Shown: positions 39,781 through 52,873, counted from the stretch's first letter. The stretch: DNA of 64,000 nucleotides from Lepidodermella squamata (GCA_047495785.1 JBLDXI010000032.1:1-64000); one strand, 5' to 3'. The notes: generated by a model not told the origin, from the sequence alone. Program-made: numbers and translations.

Positions 39781-42468
39781 TCTTCATACATCTTTCATAC
39801 ATATTTTTGTCTTCAAATTCAAGCTGAAAACATTAGGGAGATGCCAGATGACATAATACGAAAATTGTAGCACAAATATAACACAACTACGGCAAGTGCT
39901 ATATCAGTTCGACATAGTACAAGGTGTTCTTTTTAAAACCGAACATCCTGCCGTAGTCGCGAAAAATAAATTTGCCGGCTATTTTACAAAAATAATTTTA
40001 CTAAAATAATTTTTTATCACTTTTAATATAAATTTTTAATTTTATTTTCAATTGCACGATGCCCTTGAATTTTAGCGCGCGTTGCCACGTCGACGCGTCG
40101 GTTTTTAAATTTTAGCGGTTAAAACGCCTGAAATCAGGGTTTTCGCGCCTGGTTCCTAAGGTAACCGGCAAGCGCGCGGCTCCTTGCCGCGCATCATTCA
40201 AGTCAGCCAAGCGAGCTAAATGTTTTGGCCGCGCCGTTTTTTCTTATTCGGTCTCAGTTTTCGCAATGTGGTATACCCAAAATCGGTGAAAAGAGCCTTA
40301 AATTGCGCTTCCTTGCCGTTGAAATCCACCGCTGGAATCAAGAAGACGGCGGTGCAACGTGGTTTTCTGCTGTCTTGAGGAGTCTAATGATATAACAAGC
40401 GGCCTTGAAAACTTGTCGCTCAAGTTTCAGTCCGCGGATCAGAGAAACGCACCCTTTTCTGGGCGAAATGTAATGCAACTAGCTGTTTCACGATGAAAAG
40501 GGCAGTGGTATCATGTAAATAAACGGAAAGCTGGGGAAAACATGTCGAATTTACTGGCATAGATGTTGCTGATGCGGAAGACACGTTGCCTTCCTTCTTT
40601 ATCCTTGATGTTCTCTCATCCTTGTGTGATACTTCGTCGTCCGCAGTGAGGCCGTAGCTAACTTCTATAGACTAATTAAAGCTGATCTCAAAGGCGTTAC
40701 CACCGTTATCATCAAAGCTGTCTCGTAGAACATGTTCATAATATCAAAAAGAAAAAATACAAGGTATTTTACTAGATTACGATGATTTAGCCGCTCAGTT
40801 CATTTCGTTTACTGCTGTTCGTAACATCAGTCATGTTCCTTACTAAGGATAGTGGTTTTCAAGTCAGCGTAGCTTGGTGCTTAGTAAGGACTGTCATCCT
40901 AATAGTCATAACTATGGACACTCACTCTTCACTCTACGCCGCGTCTTTTAAGGTGCACAGTGCACAGGTCCATCTGAGATCAGATCCTTAGATCGCTCAG
41001 TCTGAAGCGGCGAAGTCTGAGTAAGGATTGTTGAGTAAGCCTTTCCTACCAAGCATACCAGTGACACCGCGTCATCCTTAGTAAGGAATTCCTCATAGCA
41101 AGATTGCTTTCAAGTAAAGAGAGCGCTTAGCATCTCTTTTACTCATAAATGCATCCTTAACATCCATAGCATGGAAAATCAACATCGCTAGGCTATGAAC
41201 AGCCGTTTATTTGCACCATTCAGATCAAGTTGAGTGTTTAACAAAACGTCATGTAAACTTTAACATCATTGGCAGCATCCGGCGCGCGGCGTGAGTCGTT
41301 AAGAGTGAGAATTTAGCATCATTTTCGGCGAAAAATTCATTGGTATCACTGGGATCCAGCCGGAGATTTGAAAACAGCCGATGACTGAGACAACGCTTAG
41401 GACTGATAACCGAGATCTTATTCAGACATTGATCACTCGTTTGCGGCGGCGCAGGGCAGCGGCGGGAATATTCCGTGGTGATGCCCGTGTCCTGTCATCC
41501 ATTTCCCTGCGGTAACCGCAGTTGCGGGCGGGTGTAACTGTTTGTGAGACTGCGGTAACAAAGCAAGTTTAACACCACGCCAGTCTTTGTCTTTTATATG
41601 CATCCCTTTGATCTCTGATTCTACGCGTCCTGTAAGAACAGTCCAGCATTCTCGCATAGATTTTACGTTTCTTGTAATATTTTAGTGGTAAACTATTTGA
41701 TTGATGTAACTTCAAGCGCAATAAATCACAATAATATAACGCGCCCCACCCGCTGAATTTCCCGGAGAAATAGAAGAATAAGCGAAAACAAACGATTTCA
41801 AACCTTAGCCCTAATGCGGCCGCTGAAAACCAGTAGCAGCGGCTGAAATGTGTCAAGGGGTAAAGTCTTTTGCAGAATTTTAACACGATTAAAGCTATAT
41901 ATTCACACAATGCCTAAAATTCATGCATCGACGTCATATGGCCCCATAAATCGCGAAGGATTGCGGCTACAACGCGTTGAAACGTCCTCTAACAAGGATG
42001 GTATGGTATCAGAAAGCCGACCCAGCGCTCGAGTTAGGGCGGCAACACCAGCATTTTTCTGCTTTATTGTCAAACTGACATCTTCTCTTAGCAAGTTCAC
42101 TTATGTTGGCCAAAATTTAACCGCTAAATTATTTGCTACGACCAAAAATATCCCGAAAAACCCGAAAAAACCCGAAAAATGCATGCCAAGCCACTTAAAG
42201 CGGAAAACCGCGTTGTCCAACCTAAAAGTAATGGTAACTAAGAAATATACAGTTTATTCTACAAGAAAACCATGAGAAAGATTGTTCTTACTAGATTATT
42301 TCATGAAATGGGCTATCCTTAAGGTTGCTGATCTGACTCAATGATGACGTCTAACCAGAGTGTGTAGGGCAGACGAAAGTCGATCCTGCGCTCGAATTAC
42401 GGCGGCAACACTAGCTTTTTTCTGCTTTGTCGTCATATTGATATAGTCTCCTAGCAAAATCACCCAAT

Positions 42469-45400
42469 TGTAACGGGTTCGAATGGTCCAGGCAAGAGAC
42501 GGCGGACTCCAACAACTGACGGGATTTATTATACTATAAACAACTACTTGACTTGTGTGTATCAAGTGTCTGACAACATTATTAACAGGGTTTATATACT
42601 ATCAGAATGGGTTGTTTTTCGAGGCCGTGTTGGTTCCGGATGATGAAGATCGGTCATGCGAAACATCAGCTACCGTGTCGGTTACAGGAATCGCGCTAAC
42701 ACGTCGGTGAACCGTAGAGATGTAAGTCGAGTGGAACCGCGCTATGTTGCCGGTGATGCGTAGAACAACAGACGAACTGAGCGGCGGTTCGTCACGGTCG
42801 ACTTCATACCGGTTACAATTCCTCCCCGTTTAACCTGCGACTACGGGTGTCCATGAAAACAGTTATCCACAGAGTCATTGAATCTTGACCGCGTATCGTT
42901 CGCTGACTACCATATAAAATGACCATGTCGGAGGCAGATCCATAACTTCAAGCAATACAACTACGCCCAGTATGTCCAACGTCGATGAACTACGCTCGGG
43001 TGCCAACAGCCCAGCATCCAGTGACATCTCTGGCCGAACTTACGACCTAACGACCCGTGCTGGCGTCGAGGAGCTAGTGGCAGCAGCACTTCGCACCTAT
43101 GAATCATTTCTGTTCCGTCATAGCGGACATGCCCGCGATGTTGCGATTACCGCGACGTATGTACGGTGGTTGAGGAGTGATCCACCGGAATCACTGAATC
43201 CTCAAACTACCCGCATGCCGCAGTCGGTGTCCGAAACAGTTCCTGACGTAGGTGCCCGCGCAATGGCTGCGGAAACCGTCGAGGCTGCTACACTGGTCGA
43301 CGCCGAGGTTGAAGTCAATGTCCGCCCCGTAGTAAAAGATACTGCAACTGCCACTGTAACGGTGGTTGCCGATGAGTCGTCATCGTCGACTCTACGGCGT
43401 GGCCGGAAACGTTGTGCAGCTGTGGTCCACATGCGGCGTAGTACCCGTCGGAAGATTTGAGTTGCATCTTGGTCGTGAGTTGCTTCACTTCATCACATCT
43501 TAGAGCAGTCGTATCTGTTTAATTTACAGGTATCGTAACAGTATAGCTCTAAACAACACTACAACAACATTATTACTATGCAACTATACTACCAGCAACA
43601 AGGTTCATAATGTTAGTAATAGTCCATAATCCGTGTCGGCGCACATAAACTATACTACAGCTTGGCACAATTGTTATTAATCGACTTGTTAATTTGCTCC
43701 GGTGGTTGTTAATGGCTACTCCACTTTGTCCGACATGATTTTCCCATCTCTCTTTTCTCCAAGGTAATAAAAGATAGGTGTAGACACAAGCTTAGAAGGT
43801 TTATAACGCACAACACAAGACTGAATCAGAAGAGCAACTATCACTAATGACGAGAACGTGCACTCGGTACTCGGCCAGTTCGACACACCAGGGCTATTCC
43901 TCGAACACATGGCGTCAGAGCCGATCGTGTAGTTCTCCCCAGAAATATGTGTCATAGAGAAGGTTTACTAAGTCGACGGCTCTTAATTTTCCGCTTCCAT
44001 TATCATCATCACCTCGGCTTCTGGTTACAGGGTTCGTCACTTCCTTAATCGACGTTGCGACTTCAGTGATACTCAGATTCCATTCACGCTACGTCGCAGC
44101 ATCTTTCACGGCTACAATCGCCCAGCAAGGTTCAGCGGCGTCATGATCAACGCGGTTCAACCAGTCCAAGAAGACTGCAATTGGCGACTTCGAGGGGTGT
44201 TCAAACAACATTATAAGTGGCGCCATCCATCATCCAGCAGCCAACAAACTTTTCGGAGCGAGCCGCCTTTCGGGGGTTTTCTTACCATATCAACCAGTCA
44301 AAAATCTTTGCGAACTACCGCTCCCTTCCAGGTCGTCACCTGGGAAATCTCCAGACTATGCGTTTCCAGGATTGTACAATCATAGTATCACATCGCTCCC
44401 AATTGTCAGTCATGTCGCCCGCATTCTGTACGTCAGGCTCCAGGTGAAGAAGGTTCGGCCGAACTTTTGATTCCCGACGTAAATGCGGCGCGTGCCTACG
44501 GTACCGTCCGGTCGTTAGCTTCACTATATTGCGACAGTCTCTTCCTCCCTCCTTTCAAGAAGGGCATACTCCATAATAAACTTCGTTCCTCAACCATATA
44601 TACGACAACTGCTGCTGGACAACACGCCCTCGTCTCCGTTCAATATTATCGGTGACAACCAGAAGTTACATCCGTGCAAGGAAGCTCATCCTCTCCTCCG
44701 TACCGTCTTAAGGCTGGGGTTAGGGTTGAAGTCGGTTACCGGTCTGAAACCATCATGTCTTTCCTCCAAAGCAGCTGCATGCACCCGGTACCAGTGCTAG
44801 GGTTAGCCAGTATTTCCATAACTCGCAATACTACGCACTACGCGTACTAATCACTAAGTGTGGGCATTCAACGCTACAGTACCCAGTTGTACATTGTAGG
44901 CCCTGCACCATTCCATCCGTCTCCTTAGCAACGTTGTCCGCAAACGATCTGGCCTAGACTAACCGGTCGTCGATCCTATCCTTGCCAGGCTGTCTTGACT
45001 GTTTCGCCCAGCCCGATCTGTCAGATCCGTCCAAGTCCGATCAATAATTCGACACTTGCCAGTATCCGCTGATTCTCGTTGCCTTGCAGATTGTCAATGT
45101 CGTCGGCACCTTGTCGTTCGCTGTGGCTACATCTTTCGGATGTACTTGCCATTTGGCCCTTTGTCGTCGAGCTTTCGCTAAGGTTTTATCTGCAGTCCTA
45201 CACTCCTCCGGGTCGACAGGTTCCTGCTTGATCATGGGGTCCGCCGCTCTTGGCTAGAACCACTTCTGACACCAAATTGTAACGGGTTCGAATGGTCCAG
45301 GCAAGAGACGGCGGACTCCAACAACTGACGGGATTTATTATACTATAAACAACTACTTGACTTGTGTGTATCAAGTGTCTGACAACATTATTAACAGGGT

Positions 45401-45626
45401 TTATATACTATCAGAATGGGTTGTTTTTCGAGGCCGTGTTGGTTCCGGATGATGAAGATCGGTCATGCGAAACATCAGCTACCGTGTCGGTTACAGGAAT
45501 CGCGCTAACACGTCGGTGAACCGTAGAGATGTAAGTCGAGTGGAACCGCGCTATGTTGCCGGTGATGCGTAGAACAACAGACGAACTGAGCGGCGGTTCG
45601 TCACGGTCGACTTCATACCGGTTACA
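42469..45626 (-). mobile_element. Non-autonomous Ty3/Gypsy-type LTR retrotransposon
   Basis: Two 349-bp TG..CA LTRs (42469-42817, 45278-45626), identical by eye; 4-bp TSD CAAT; PBS TGGTGTCAGAAGTG (tRNA-Leu type, 45261-74); PPT GGGGAGGAAT (42818-27); degenerate internal region. Confidence 0.95.
42972..43460 (+). CDS. Antisense ORF of the LTR element (162 aa, C-terminal basic NLS-like motif)
   Basis: Open ATG ORF; CATATAAAA TATA-like motif at 42911; ends RRGRKR..RRSTRRKI. Confidence 0.55.
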   Translation: MSNVDELRSGANSPASSDISGRTYDLTTRAGVEELVAAALRTYESFLFRHSGHARDVAITATYVRWLRSDPPESLNPQTTRMPQSVSETVPDVGARAMAAETVEAATLVDAEVEVNVRPVVKDTATATVTVVADESSSSTLRRGRKRCAAVVHMRRSTRRKI

Positions 45627-47034
45627 CAATTTTACCCATATCTGACCGTTGATTATTTCCCAGCATCAATAAATGTTCCGATAAACCCGAATAACTCCAT
45701 TTTAACGTCTAAATGCATCCTAAGCCGTAAAACGAGAAAAACCACGGTGACCCCCCAAAAAGACATGGTAACTAAGAAATTTACACTCTATTCTACCAGA
45801 AAACAATGAGTAACAATGCTAATTAAGCAAAATTCATGACATGGACCATCTTGAAGATCGTTCATCTGGCCAGAGGATGAGATCTAACACAGCAGGTATG
45901 GCAGAAGGAAGTCCCTCCTGCTCACGAGTTAGTATGGCAACACCGACTTTTTCTTGTTTCATTGTCAAAGTATTTATGTCTCCTAGTGAATTCACTCATT
46001 TGAGCCCCCATTTGACCGCTGAATTGTTTGCTAACATTGTAAATGTTCCGAATATCCCGAAAAACTCCATTTATCGACAGAATGCATCCATAGCAGCAAC
46101 AAGTGAAAAACCGCGGTGACCCTCCAAAAAGTAACGGTAACTAAGTAGTATTTACTCTGCTTTACAAGAAAACAATGAGAGACAGTGTTTTTGACGGGTC
46201 ATTTGAAGGCATAGACCTCCTTGAAGATGGTGATAATGAGATCTATGCTCTGAAAGACCGGCTGGCTGTTAGGGCAGACGTGCTAAAAATAACCATCATC
46301 CTACAAAAACGGCTGTGGTAATCTTGTAGAGAATACATTACTGTACTTAGAAACACTGTTTCCGCAAGGTATAACCGCAATTAGGTGAAAGTTTCCGGGG
46401 TTAAACGCTTAAGATCTGCGAAAAACGGCATAAAAATGGCTTGTTTAGGCTTAGCGCATACGTCTAATTGAGCCATAATTAGAAAAAATGACGCCGGCTG
46501 CCTTATTAAATGCTTGAAATGCTATCAGAAAAACACTAACAAAGGTGTCGTCACCGGTGATAAAATGCGGAAATACGGGGATGAAGTTGCGCGCCGGGGA
46601 ACTTGCGGTGCGCGGAGCGGCTACAACGCGAAAACGCGCGGCATCGCGCAGCACGCTTTTCCGTAGCAACAAAATTTTTATTTAAAAAAAATTATTAATA
46701 TAATAATAAAATATAATAAAATAAAAATATTTTTAAAAGGATATTTAATTTTGTGCATAAAAATTTGCGGTAGTACGCGATTTTCCAACGCGCGCGGCGG
46801 ATGTTCGGTTTTAAAAAGAACACCCTGTACTCTTAGGTGCTACGGCGAGCTTGATATTTTTTGAAAACATCACAACTAACATTGGATTTTCACTAGTAAA
46901 TTCCGTGGACTATGTCTGTATGAGAGGGTAGCTACCTAAAACCAAGTGAAAAACTGAAAATCACAGTGAGGCCAGAAAAAATTCGAATATTCAGCATGTA
47001 TCCAGCTGAGTATCATAGGCTGAATGTAATATAT

Positions 47035-47213
47035 CGTTAGCGGCGCGCCAAAACAACCACTTTACTATTTATAGATTTTATATGGATAGTACGATCGAGA
47101 GTGCTCAAAAAAATCAGTGCTCAAATGGCCCATCGTACTTTATCGTTAGGTTCGGCGACTTCAAGTACGATCGAATGAATCATCTAAGTGGTTGTTTTGG
47201 CGCGCCGCTAACG
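47035..47213. mobile_element. MITE with CGTTAGC termini and ATAT flanks (Sola1-like)
   Basis: 32-bp perfect IR at 47031-62 and 47186-217, including the ATAT flanks. Confidence 0.7.
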
Positions 47214-47979
47214 ATATCCGATACTTCACAAGAAATAGGTGACAGGCGGGCGGGTTCCAGCGTAAACAACTAACAGCTGCGATCCCCAAGAACACGGTGA
47301 CAACGTGGGTCGGGGAAGGGAGCTTCCGGAACTTATTAAATTAGGCTCTGATTTGATTGCCTAAAATCAGCCAATAGCCGGTTTGACATCTCAGGCAACG
47401 ACTGCAAGGGTACATTGGTCAGTATGAACATAGTTAATTCATAATTCTCGGCTTCGCCATATTACTATAGATCTCCAGGTAGTATGTTAAATGCATTATT
47501 GTATGGTTTGACATACACTAACCCGTGTTCTACTAAGAGACTGCTATCTGAAGCAGTTACCTGATTTTTGTCGCCGGTCACGTGACCTTTCATACCCCGC
47601 TGATATTCAGGTGATTGGCTAATACAAGTCCCTGATTGGTGCTATGTTATTTTGTTGGATTTCATAAATTTCAAGTCAGGGCGAATTTAAAAAATGCAAT
47701 TTTTCGTTGCTAATGACTCCGGAATGAAACATTCTGTCGTGCGATCCAATAATAAATTATTTTGTATTTATGCAAAAACTGACCTTGCCACACCCTCTGC
47801 ACGGTTTCCATTGACCACGAGCGTAAACTGCATATTAATCGTGGTCAACTACTGCGACAAAAAATCTTATGGATCGCACGACTGAACTAACGACTGGTCA
47901 ATCGATCATTGCAACGATCGATTGACCAATCAGCGTGCACATTGGATTGGACTTTTAAGTGGTCACAAAACGAACGTTT

Positions 47980-48150
47980 GTGGCGCGCTCCTTCGCTGGA
48001 TAAAAGCTTTTCTTTCCGATCGTTTCTTTCGTGTGATCGTCAACTCCGAAGCCTCGGAATGGTCCCCCGTCCCCCGTAACTTCCGGGGTGCCCCAAGGCT
48101 CGGTTCTTGGTCCGATATTGTTTCTGATATACATATCGGATGTGAACTCG
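47980..48150 (+). pseudogene. CR1/L2/Jockey-group LINE reverse transcriptase fragment (domain 4)
   Basis: [22 protein letters not shown] then, after a frameshift, [20 protein letters not shown]. Confidence 0.85.
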
Positions 48151-48159
48151 TGTATTCTG

Positions 48160-50176
48160 AAGAGAGAGATAAACATTTAATTCAATAATAATTAGGTTGC
48201 CTTGCGACACAGTGAGTATACATTATATTTTAAAATTATTTGTGTTTTTTGTGGTTGAAATAGATATGGATTGAATCTTTGAGAATCGATTTTGAAATAT
48301 TATATAATATACGGAAGACAAGAAGGGTATATGGGTTTATAATCGCCTGAAGGCTTATATTTCGGCCTGAGGCGCAGCCGAAGGACGAAATATCAGCCTG
48401 AAGGCGATTTTAAACCCATATAACCTGATTGGCTTCCGTATATGTGTGTTATCCGGGTCGAATCGTAAAATTTTCAGGGTTACTAGTATTGTATGGTACA
48501 CTCTCGCAGAATTTCTATTGATTTGATTTGAAATTAAAAGATCCAACTTAAAAAAATCATGAAATTTGTTTCTTGCTCATTTTTTTCTCGCATTCTTCAT
48601 TTTGCGAGTTTTTGGTTCGTTTTCCACATCGAATTTTCCGCATTTCTGGCACGCCAAACAAATTGCTGGTGCTGAATCTTGCAATCGGGCTCTCGCACCA
48701 AGGTGGTTCTGCTCGATTGGCTTCGGATGGCTATCAATGCGACTTTCACGGCGCCTTCGGCAACTCGGTTTGCAGAACTGCTTCTAAATCGACGAAATCT
48801 TGAACGAATAGCCGCAATTTGTCAAGGTTTCAGCAAACGCTCAACAAGACTTGCTCGAATTCGTCTACTTCGCTCGATTCGCTGTATCTTCTAGCTTTCT
48901 TCCACTGTCACAAGCGATGCCGTGTTGCGATTTCTGGAATCCTATGCTGCCCGAGCTCTCGCGGATTTCACGGAATGCTGGCCGATTGTTTCTTGATTTC
49001 CGCGACATGCTGGACGAATTCTGCCCAAATTTCTCCAATTCCTGGACGAGTTCTGCCCGATTTTCCCGAGCTCGTAGCCAAGTGCTGTTCGATTGGGGTG
49101 AATGCTGCCCGATTCGATACCTGTGCGTGTGCATTTTTCGTGATTCTTAATAAAATAGTTTTGGAGTGTTGCTTGAACTTTTTTGGGTTTCTCTTGTGTG
49201 TTTGACAAGTGGGGTTTTTGGTGATATTTTCTGGACAAGCGGGGATTTTTTTGATATAAAAATATCAAAAAATCCCTGCCTGTTTAGAAAATATCAAAAA
49301 ATCAAAAATCAAAAAAATCAAAAAATGAGGAAGCTATTGTGCTTACAAGCGCCTAACACATGAGCGAGGGTTTCTTTCTCGGCATGACCGTAGCGACACC
49401 GGGAGGTGTTAAGGGGCTTGTTTCCACCATGAGCTGCTGCAACGTCGGCACAGTTCGTCGAGAATTTGATGGCCGTTGTCCATTCCGAAGTCGATAATCC
49501 AGTTTTATTTGAGATCCAGTCTTTTCCAGCCGAAAAGTCAGCGAACTGACTTACACCTTGCCCTTTTTCAGGCAATTCGCACCAACTCTCGAAAGCACGA
49601 TCCCGAAGAATAGATCGCGCTTCTTTTGCTGTCAAAGGCTTCTCGGAATCCGGATCGGCCTGAACGTCCAGTTTATCCAGGCAGTCCTGCATCTCCGACT
49701 CAATATCGCGGCACAAAGGGATCAGGGGTTCGTCGACGGAGAGCAATTTCATGCAGATATTGTAATGCAGAAGAAAAGCCTCCCATTCGGCTTTTATGAG
49801 TCCGAGACCATTATGAGTCCGAGACCACGCTTCCGTTTGCTTGCGTAGAAAAATCCGTCTGGCGTTGCTGCTGGTATTTCCGCTATCTGCTTCACTGCCC
49901 TACGAAACTCTATATCGACGCGATGAAGGAAAGATGCTGTCCGTTTTCGTAAGGGAGCGTTTTGAAGCGGATAAATGAGCTTAGGCCATATGAATTGGTT
50001 GATAATGTTTAGCTTCTGGTCGGGGTGTAGAACGGAGCAATCAACAAGTCGTTGCAAATCGCCCATGACTTGAATGGTAACTTCAGACTGATCAAACGTC
50101 AACTCGTCAGCAAATGTCACTCCAAGATATTTGATAGTCTCCGTAGGGTGCAGAACAGGAATTGTTTGATCTTCGA
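48160..50176 (-). mobile_element. 5'-truncated RLE-type (R2/R4/NeSL group) non-LTR retrotransposon; endonuclease region replaced by another insertion
   Basis: ETIKYLGVTF..PDQKLNIINQFIWPKLIYPLQ..RGLGL and CRYGHAEKETLAHVLGAC zinc knuckle (50176-49340); putative 3' UTR with (TC)n tail at 48220-48160. Confidence 0.75.
48326..48425. repeat. ~100-bp imperfect hairpin of the Crypton-like non-autonomous type
   Basis: TATATGGGTTTA..ATCGCCT..AGGC GCA GCC..AGGCGAT..TAAACCCATATA. Confidence 0.55.
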
Positions 50177-50565
50177 ATTATGAAGTTATTTGCAGATGAC
50201 ACGAAGCTATACAAGGTCATTCGTACCAAATCTCACCGACTGCTTTGAACTTCAGGAAGATTTAGATCGGTTAATCAAATGGTTTGACGATAACGGATTG
50301 TCTGTTAACTCTACAAAATGTGTCGTACTGAAAATAGGCAAAAATGAATTTCCGTTTCAATTTGGCATCAATGTTGTGGACCTGCAAGTTGTTAACTCAA
50401 GATCTCGGTGTTACTATCGATTCAAAGCTATCTTTTTCATATCATTGCCAGCATCTCGCAGCGAAATGTAATCGTGTCAATGGAATGATAGCCAAATCCT
50501 TTTCTTATAAGGCCCTCCTTAGACAACGATTTAGAGCGTATAAAACATACAACCTGAACTATTAT
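50177..50565 (+). pseudogene. Continuation of the CR1/L2-group RT (domains 5-7)
   Basis: KLFADDTKLY, LQEDLDRLIKWFDDNGLSVNSTKCVVLKIG, DLGVTIDSKLSFSYH, with frameshifts. Confidence 0.85.
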
Positions 50566-50999
50566 TAGAAATAACCCGAACTATAAATTTAGCTTTTCCA
50601 GGCGCGTGCGTGCTGCGTGGAACCGTCGGCCGTCTTGCGTGGTAGTTAACAACTCTAACAGTGCTTTCTGTCAACTTAATTCCTCTTCATTGGAAAACCA
50701 CGTGACTTCCGTGGTGAGGCGCCAAGAAACAACTTTCTGCTAAACTGAACTTGACTATTTGCAAACTGTTGAAAAACAATTTGCAATAAAAATGATGTAA
50801 GGAACTCGGGAACATTGTTATGTTTATTGTACTGTGATTATGCCTTGATTATTGCGTTGTTGTTGATACGTCATCGTTCGGTCCTTTTAAAGATCTTGAT
50901 TGTATCATTTCAATTATTCTGCTCATTTTCAAAGTAATAAAGCAAGTTGTTGCCGAAGCACAAGTCTTTTCATGACAAATGAGTATGGGAGTAGAGAAT

Positions 51000-51221
51000 A
51001 GAGAAGTGTGAAGAAATGTGCGAAGAAATGAGTGAAGAAATGTGTGGGGAAATGTGCAAAGAAATTGAAGATCACGTCGAGCGTTCAAGATGGCACTTGA
51101 TGTGTCTAAGCGGATCATCTTTGACGAGACACTCAGGGAGTTCAAGAAGCTGTGGAACGACTACTCTTGCTTCGAAATGCGAGCTGCTAATGCTGTTGTT
51201 TGCTCCGAATTTTTGTTGTGA
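51000..51221 (+). pseudogene. 3' remnant of the sushi-ankyrin gene, preceded by a 12-bp tandem repeat
   Basis: 51053-51221 aligns to 17650-17819 with a frameshift; GAAGAAATGTG(T/C)-type units at 51002-51066. Confidence 0.8.
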
Positions 51222-51426
51222 TTTGTTTGTCGCCGTTGTTATGATTTATGCTATTTTCTCACGTTTTAACACCAATCCTGGTTAATAAGCTGCTGAAATG
51301 TTCTGTTACCATCTCGTTTAATCTCGCGTCATTTTCTCAGTTCTCTATTGCTTGTACATATGAAATGCCACATCTCTGAATCAACTGAAAACAATAAGAC
51401 AAAAATGTGTAATAGTAATAAAGATG

Positions 51427-51508
51427 ATATACTCACTGTGTCGCAAGGCAACCTAATTATTACTGAATTAGGCAGTCCACATTTTTAATAAATGTTTATC
51501 TCTCTCTC
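51427..51508 (+). mobile_element. ~80-bp retroelement 3'-end insertion (AATAAA plus (TC)n tail)
   Basis: Inverted match to 48162-48219; absent from duplicate copy 1 (~17965). Confidence 0.65.
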
Positions 51509-51596
51509 TAGAATTGCTCGTTTTTGGTCTGGAAACATTGAAACGAATCCAAACAATACTTCAAATTTTCGAGGCTGACCGAAGATGGAATCAGAA

Positions 51597-52873
51597 ATTA
51601 AGGAATCCTTAACGGTGTTGAGGGCAGAAACGAGATTTCGGCCCGCTGAAAATGCCCGAGGGCGTAGCGAAGCGAAGCCCGAGGGTATTTTCAAGGGCTG
51701 AAATCGAGTTTATGCCCGAAACACAAGTTTAGGATTCCTGTTCCCACATTGTTGGTTATTTTCTGAATAAAAACCCAATTTTCCACTGGAAATCTGGATA
51801 AAATGACCAAACACTCATACCCACGGTGTCTGATTAAATTAATTTTGTTGAAATTAAAAAATCAACCTTAAAAAATCGTTTAACAAATTCTATTTGTTTC
51901 ATTCCTTTTTAAATCAATTTTTGCACTGAATTCTTTGTTGGTGGAAACCACGCACGGCATCGGCGATTTTATCCTCGGAAACGCAGTCGATTCTAACCAA
52001 ATGGATATCGTTAGCATCGTTGAATAAGTCGGATTTAGGCTTGTTTACATCCGTTTTAAGGTCACGGGTGACAAGTAAAAGCGGCTTTTTCAACGCAAAT
52101 GAAGGGGCAAAAACAGTAGACGTTTTACTTGTCACCTACCCTTTTCAAATGGAAGTAAACAAGCCTAAATCCGAGTTATTCAACGACGTTAACGATATGG
52201 CTGTTGCAGTCTGAGCGACACCAATCAGCTCGTGAAAACCGCAATGCTCAAGATATCGAGCTGCTGTAGCAAAAGCCCGAATTTCCCCTTGGCCGATCAG
52301 ATTCCAGCGTTTAATCCGGCGGCGATGACGGCGATGACTTTGAAGGCGTTGCTGAATAACTGCAACAATACATCGAAGAATTGGCGCTTGAGACAATTGG
52401 CACGGTGCAAAATTCCAGGAAACGATACGCCGACTATGCTGTTCAACGAGTTTCGGTGGAAAATCTCTATGCGAAGCGACGACATTGGCATTGTTGGGCT
52501 GTGATCTTGTCAAGCCTATGAAGAACCGGTTTGAATCACGCCATTTCACGGTCGACGCCAGTTGTCAAGTAATTTACTGCACGGTGCATGTCACATCCAG
52601 AACTGACTATTGTTTATAGGTTCTCCCACAGTATTATTGTTCAATAAAAATGGTTTTTGTTAAAATGCTTTCTTTGGTTCAAATTTTTGCTTTGCTAGTC
52701 CAATCCCTAAATGGAGTATGGTTCGCCCAGTAATTCAGTGATTTGGATTTTAACCGAAATTAACAATAAAAGATCCACCTTAAAACGCGTGAGCGGGCGG
52801 AATCACCGGGCGGAAACACCGGGCGGAATCGCTTTTTCCATTGAAGCAAAAAATAACCAACCATGTGGGAATT
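51597..52873. mobile_element. Crypton-like non-autonomous element
   Basis: Absent from copy 1 (~18066); hairpin CCCGAGGGCGTAGC..GCCCGAGGG at 51615-51724; TTCCCACAT..TTGGTTATTTT inverted at 51741 and 52852. Confidence 0.55.
52009..52194. mobile_element. Second CGTTA-terminal MITE with ATAT flanks
   Basis: ~70-bp imperfect IR; ATAT|CGTTAGC..GTTAACG|ATAT. Confidence 0.7.

Larger units (their letters stand above)
41950..46260. repeat. Three diverged ~370-bp tandem units, interrupted by the LTR element
   Basis: GGTAACTAAG..TAC(A/C)AGAAAAC(A/C)ATGAG at about 42233, 45767 and 46136; spacing is about 370 bp after removing the LTR element. Confidence 0.7.
39920..46827. mobile_element. Large non-autonomous Tc1/mariner-type element (about 3.75 kb without the LTR insertion)
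   Basis: TIR CA(A/G)GGTGTTCTTTTTAAAACCGAACATCC at both ends, TA flanks at 39918-19 and 46828-29; no transposase seen. Confidence 0.85.

Noticed and set aside
45261-45274. LTR primer supplied by the local tRNA-Leu(TAG)
   Set aside because: That tRNA would need PBS TGGTGGCAGCGG; the observed TGGTGTCAGAAGTG fits a different Leu isoacceptor.
48207-48213. Exact CACAGTG heptamers (also inverted at ~51435 and at ~46962) as RAG targets
   Set aside because: No nonamer at 12 or 23 spacing; the pair is explained by a duplicated retroelement 3' end.
48566-49363. Cluster of overlapping ORFs
   Set aside because: Mutually overlapping frames in degenerate repeat-derived sequence with no domain signal.
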